A DNA stretch of 64,000 nt from Felis catus. Its lineage: Eukaryota. Below the pieces are notes generated by a model, which worked only from the letters and a program-made list of their open reading frames with translations, made no database searches and was not told where the DNA came from. The number at the start of each line of letters is the position of its first letter. Within the stretch, counting starts at the first letter, position 1. The DNA lies in NCBI RefSeq assembly GCF_018350175.1, contig NC_058368.1, positions 100,814,001 through 100,878,000 on the forward strand, in the 5' to 3' direction. Made by a program: the position numbers and the translations under genes. Shown here one piece after another: positions 61,431 through 64,000 of the stretch.

Positions 61431-63371
61431 GTATACTTAACAATGTAACTTAGTAAATCAAGTATCTGAATACGTGCTTTGTATTCAGATATATATATTG
61501 ACAGCTGTAAGGCCTGATTCCAGCCCTCAAAGATTTTGCAGTCTAGTGCCTGCACGAAATGACGGTGCTTACGAGGCAGTAATGAATGCTTTTTGGTAAC
61601 AAATACAAAATGGTAAATTGCACTGGATGGAGATTCTGAGAAGGAGATCAGAAGAGTAAAGTGCCTTCAGGGAATCATGCTTCAGGTGCATTTTGAAGGC
61701 TTCGTATGATTTAGGTAAGCAAGTGGAAAGGATAGGGCTTGTATGAAGGAGCCCCTCTCTAGTACAGGTGGGACCACGTAAGTGAACACTGTATGACAGG
61801 GGATGGGAAGGGAGCAGTACCCCGTGTGCTGGAGGCGGTTGTAGGGAGAGAAAGGAAGTCTTCTGGATACTTGGGGCAGAGCTGCTTACAGAGGGGCCCC
61901 GTGGCGATTGCTTTGTTCTCTGTGCTCCTGGAGGGCAGGCAGCCACCAGCGTGGAAGGTGTCAGAGGCCTTTCCACTTTTGATGAGGAGTGGGGAGAGCA
62001 GGGCACGTTCAAGTGGGTGGAACATCTGCATTGCCTTGGAGGGAGGGGTGCGGAGGAGAGAACACCCATCACTGGCATCAGGTAAGGGTGGGATCCGAAG
62101 CTCTGAAATCTTGTAACTTTGTGCAGAAGTCAACAGGGCGGCCTAGCATGTTTCCGAGCTGCCGAGCGACGTGGAAGTGAGGAGGTCATGCCGGTGAAGC
62201 TTGGCTCGGTGTACGGGATGTTTCCATAGGGGGTTGGCTGGAGCCTCGTATTGGGCTGTCGCTGTGGCCTCGTCTAGGCTGGAGGGACGGGTAGATGATC
62301 AGGATGGCAGTGTGGACCGGGACAGTGGCACAGGATGGACGTGAGGGAATCTGAAGAGAATGTCAGTGGGCTTCAGAAACTGTCTGCAATTGGCAGCTAA
62401 CAGAAAAGGATGAATAAAAAAATAATTGAGTGGCCTCTGGCTCATTCTCCTTGCCTCTCCACGTGGCACCTGGTACCTGACACCCCTGAACTGCTCCCCG
62501 CCTCCCTCAGCGCCTGGACGTCCCTGGTGCTCATGCCTCTGAGTCTCACATATTCCTGCCTCTCCTGTCATCCTAAAGCCTCTTCTGCTGCCCCAGCTGT
62601 ACTTGATCAGCTGTGTTTGCTAGTTTCATTTACTTCCTCCTGGCAGCCAACACCTTTCTTCTTACTCCCTTGTCTTCAAGGCTGTAAACTTTGAAGGCTG
62701 TAAACCTTGAGTGGGGATTCCCCATGGGACCCCACCCTGGCCATGCGTGAGGCATGGCAGCCACATGGATGTCCCCTCCATCAGGTGATGTTTGAGGCTC
62801 ACCCTGAGTCCGGCTCTTCCTAGACAGGAAGGGCAGAGGGGAGAGAGAGCACACAGCAGAAGGATGGCCACTCAGGGAGGGTCTATGAACAGCCTCACCT
62901 TCAGCCACATCTGCCTCGAGCAAGAATTTCTAGATAATGAGAGAACATCCTCCTTTGGACCAGGGTTGGGAGAATGGGCGGGGAGACCGGTGCCTCTTCC
63001 AAGTGCCTGGTTGATGCCCAGTGCACGGAAGCCCAGGGTAGGCGAGGCCACTGAGCGGTCGGGAGAGCGGTCGGCAGAGCATTGGAACGAGGGGGAGAAC
63101 AACCACGGAGGTGAGGCAGGACCTTGGGGGAGCAGCAGGAAGGGAACTCAGGGTCAGGTAAAGGCTTTCTCTCACTGGGAACACAGACAGTGAGTGTTTC
63201 AAGATCAAGAAGAGGCAAGGGTGTGAGAAAGGAGAGGGAATGAGTGGGAATGAGGCTTGGGGAGAAGAGGGGGCAAATGGCAGTTCTTAGAGTTACTCTT
63301 CCTGTCAGGTTACAGATGTGTGTTGAGGATTCAGCCTATATAAAGTTGGGGCTTCAGGGATAGGTTTAGAG

Positions 63372-63692
63372 CAGCGCTGTCTAGGAGAAATAGAATGTGA
63401 GCCACACAAGGATTTTACATTTTCTGGTAGCCATATTTTAAAAAAGGTAAAAAGAAAGAGGTGAAATGAACCGTACTAATATATTTCATTTCACCAAGTA
63501 AATCAAAGTATTATTTCAACATGTCAGCAATATAAAAGTTACTGATGAGACATTTTACATTATTTTTTTTGTAGTAATTCCTTAGATGTGGCATGTGTTT
63601 TACACTTACAGGACACCTCTCTCTCGGGACCAGGCACATTTCAGATGCCCAATGGCAACACATGGCGCATGCCACCATATTGGACAAGACAG
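63372..63692 (+). mobile_element. MER33/MER3-like hAT-Charlie element
   Basis: cagcgctgtctaggagaaatagaatgtgagccaca ... ccaccatattggacaagacag termini. Confidence 0.75.
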
Positions 63693-63811
63693 ATTTAGGG
63701 ACAAGGAGGGGTCCAGTTCACAGCAAAACCTCTAGTGAGGCAGGGGTAAAGCGCTCCACTCTGGGGAGCTGAAATCTCAAGTTTTAGCTTCTTCAGCTAC
63801 TGGTGAGAATC

Positions 63812-63926
63812 TTTCTATTTTTAAGATTTTGTTTTGAAGTAATCTCTCTATCCAGTGTGGGGCTCGAACTCAAAACCTTGAGATTAGGAGTTGCGTGCTC
63901 TATCAACTGAGCCAGCAGGGTGCCCT
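63812..63926 (-). mobile_element. Short Can-SINE with TSD
   Basis: gctactggtgagaat on both flanks. Confidence 0.85.
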
Positions 63927-64000
63927 GCTACTGGTGAGAATTTAATCTCACTGTGTTTTGTATGTGTGGTCAACCTGGGTACCCTCCAGGCTCTTGGTTT

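Noticed and set aside
61569..63218. Cluster of ORFs in a purine-rich, moderately GC-rich region
   Set aside because: No domain similarity or splice structure. The composition fits degraded L2-like or unique intronic DNA.
36141..64000. SNX24 exon 2
   Set aside because: I could not find sequence encoding the expected continuation. Intron 1 probably extends past the window.

Overview
Mammalian nuclear DNA from a carnivore, very probably a felid: the window is packed with feliform-type tRNA-derived Can-SINEs (SINEC_Fc-like) and carries a felid-type L1 3' end. It holds two sorting-nexin genes in tandem on the + strand. The first is the 3' half of SNX2, with 8 coding exons from 4137 to 17690 (end of the PX domain plus the BAR domain), a stop at 17688-17690 and a 3'UTR to about 18170. 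The second is SNX24, represented by its CpG-island promoter and first coding exon (ATG 36081, MEVYIPSFRYEESDLERGYT), with intron 1 running off the right edge. The rest is mostly transposon-derived: roughly 50 SINE copies (several nested or tandem, many with target-site duplications), L1, L2, MIR, MLT1 LTRs, Tigger/MER DNA transposons, a degenerate and internally deleted ERV-L (MLT2-LTR) provirus at about 49.3-52.4 kb, and microsatellites. Nearly all ORFs in the supplied track are spurious. I found no convincing previously undescribed biological system. The best second-look items are a GC-AG intron in SNX2, an inverted SINE pair flanking a stop-free 414-nt exon block (circRNA candidate), the deleted ERV-L, a 35-bp tandem repeat grown from a SINE head about 1.2 kb upstream of SNX24, and nested SINEs. 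Gene and repeat-family names are from recall of the sequences, not from a database search. Repeat boundaries are approximate.
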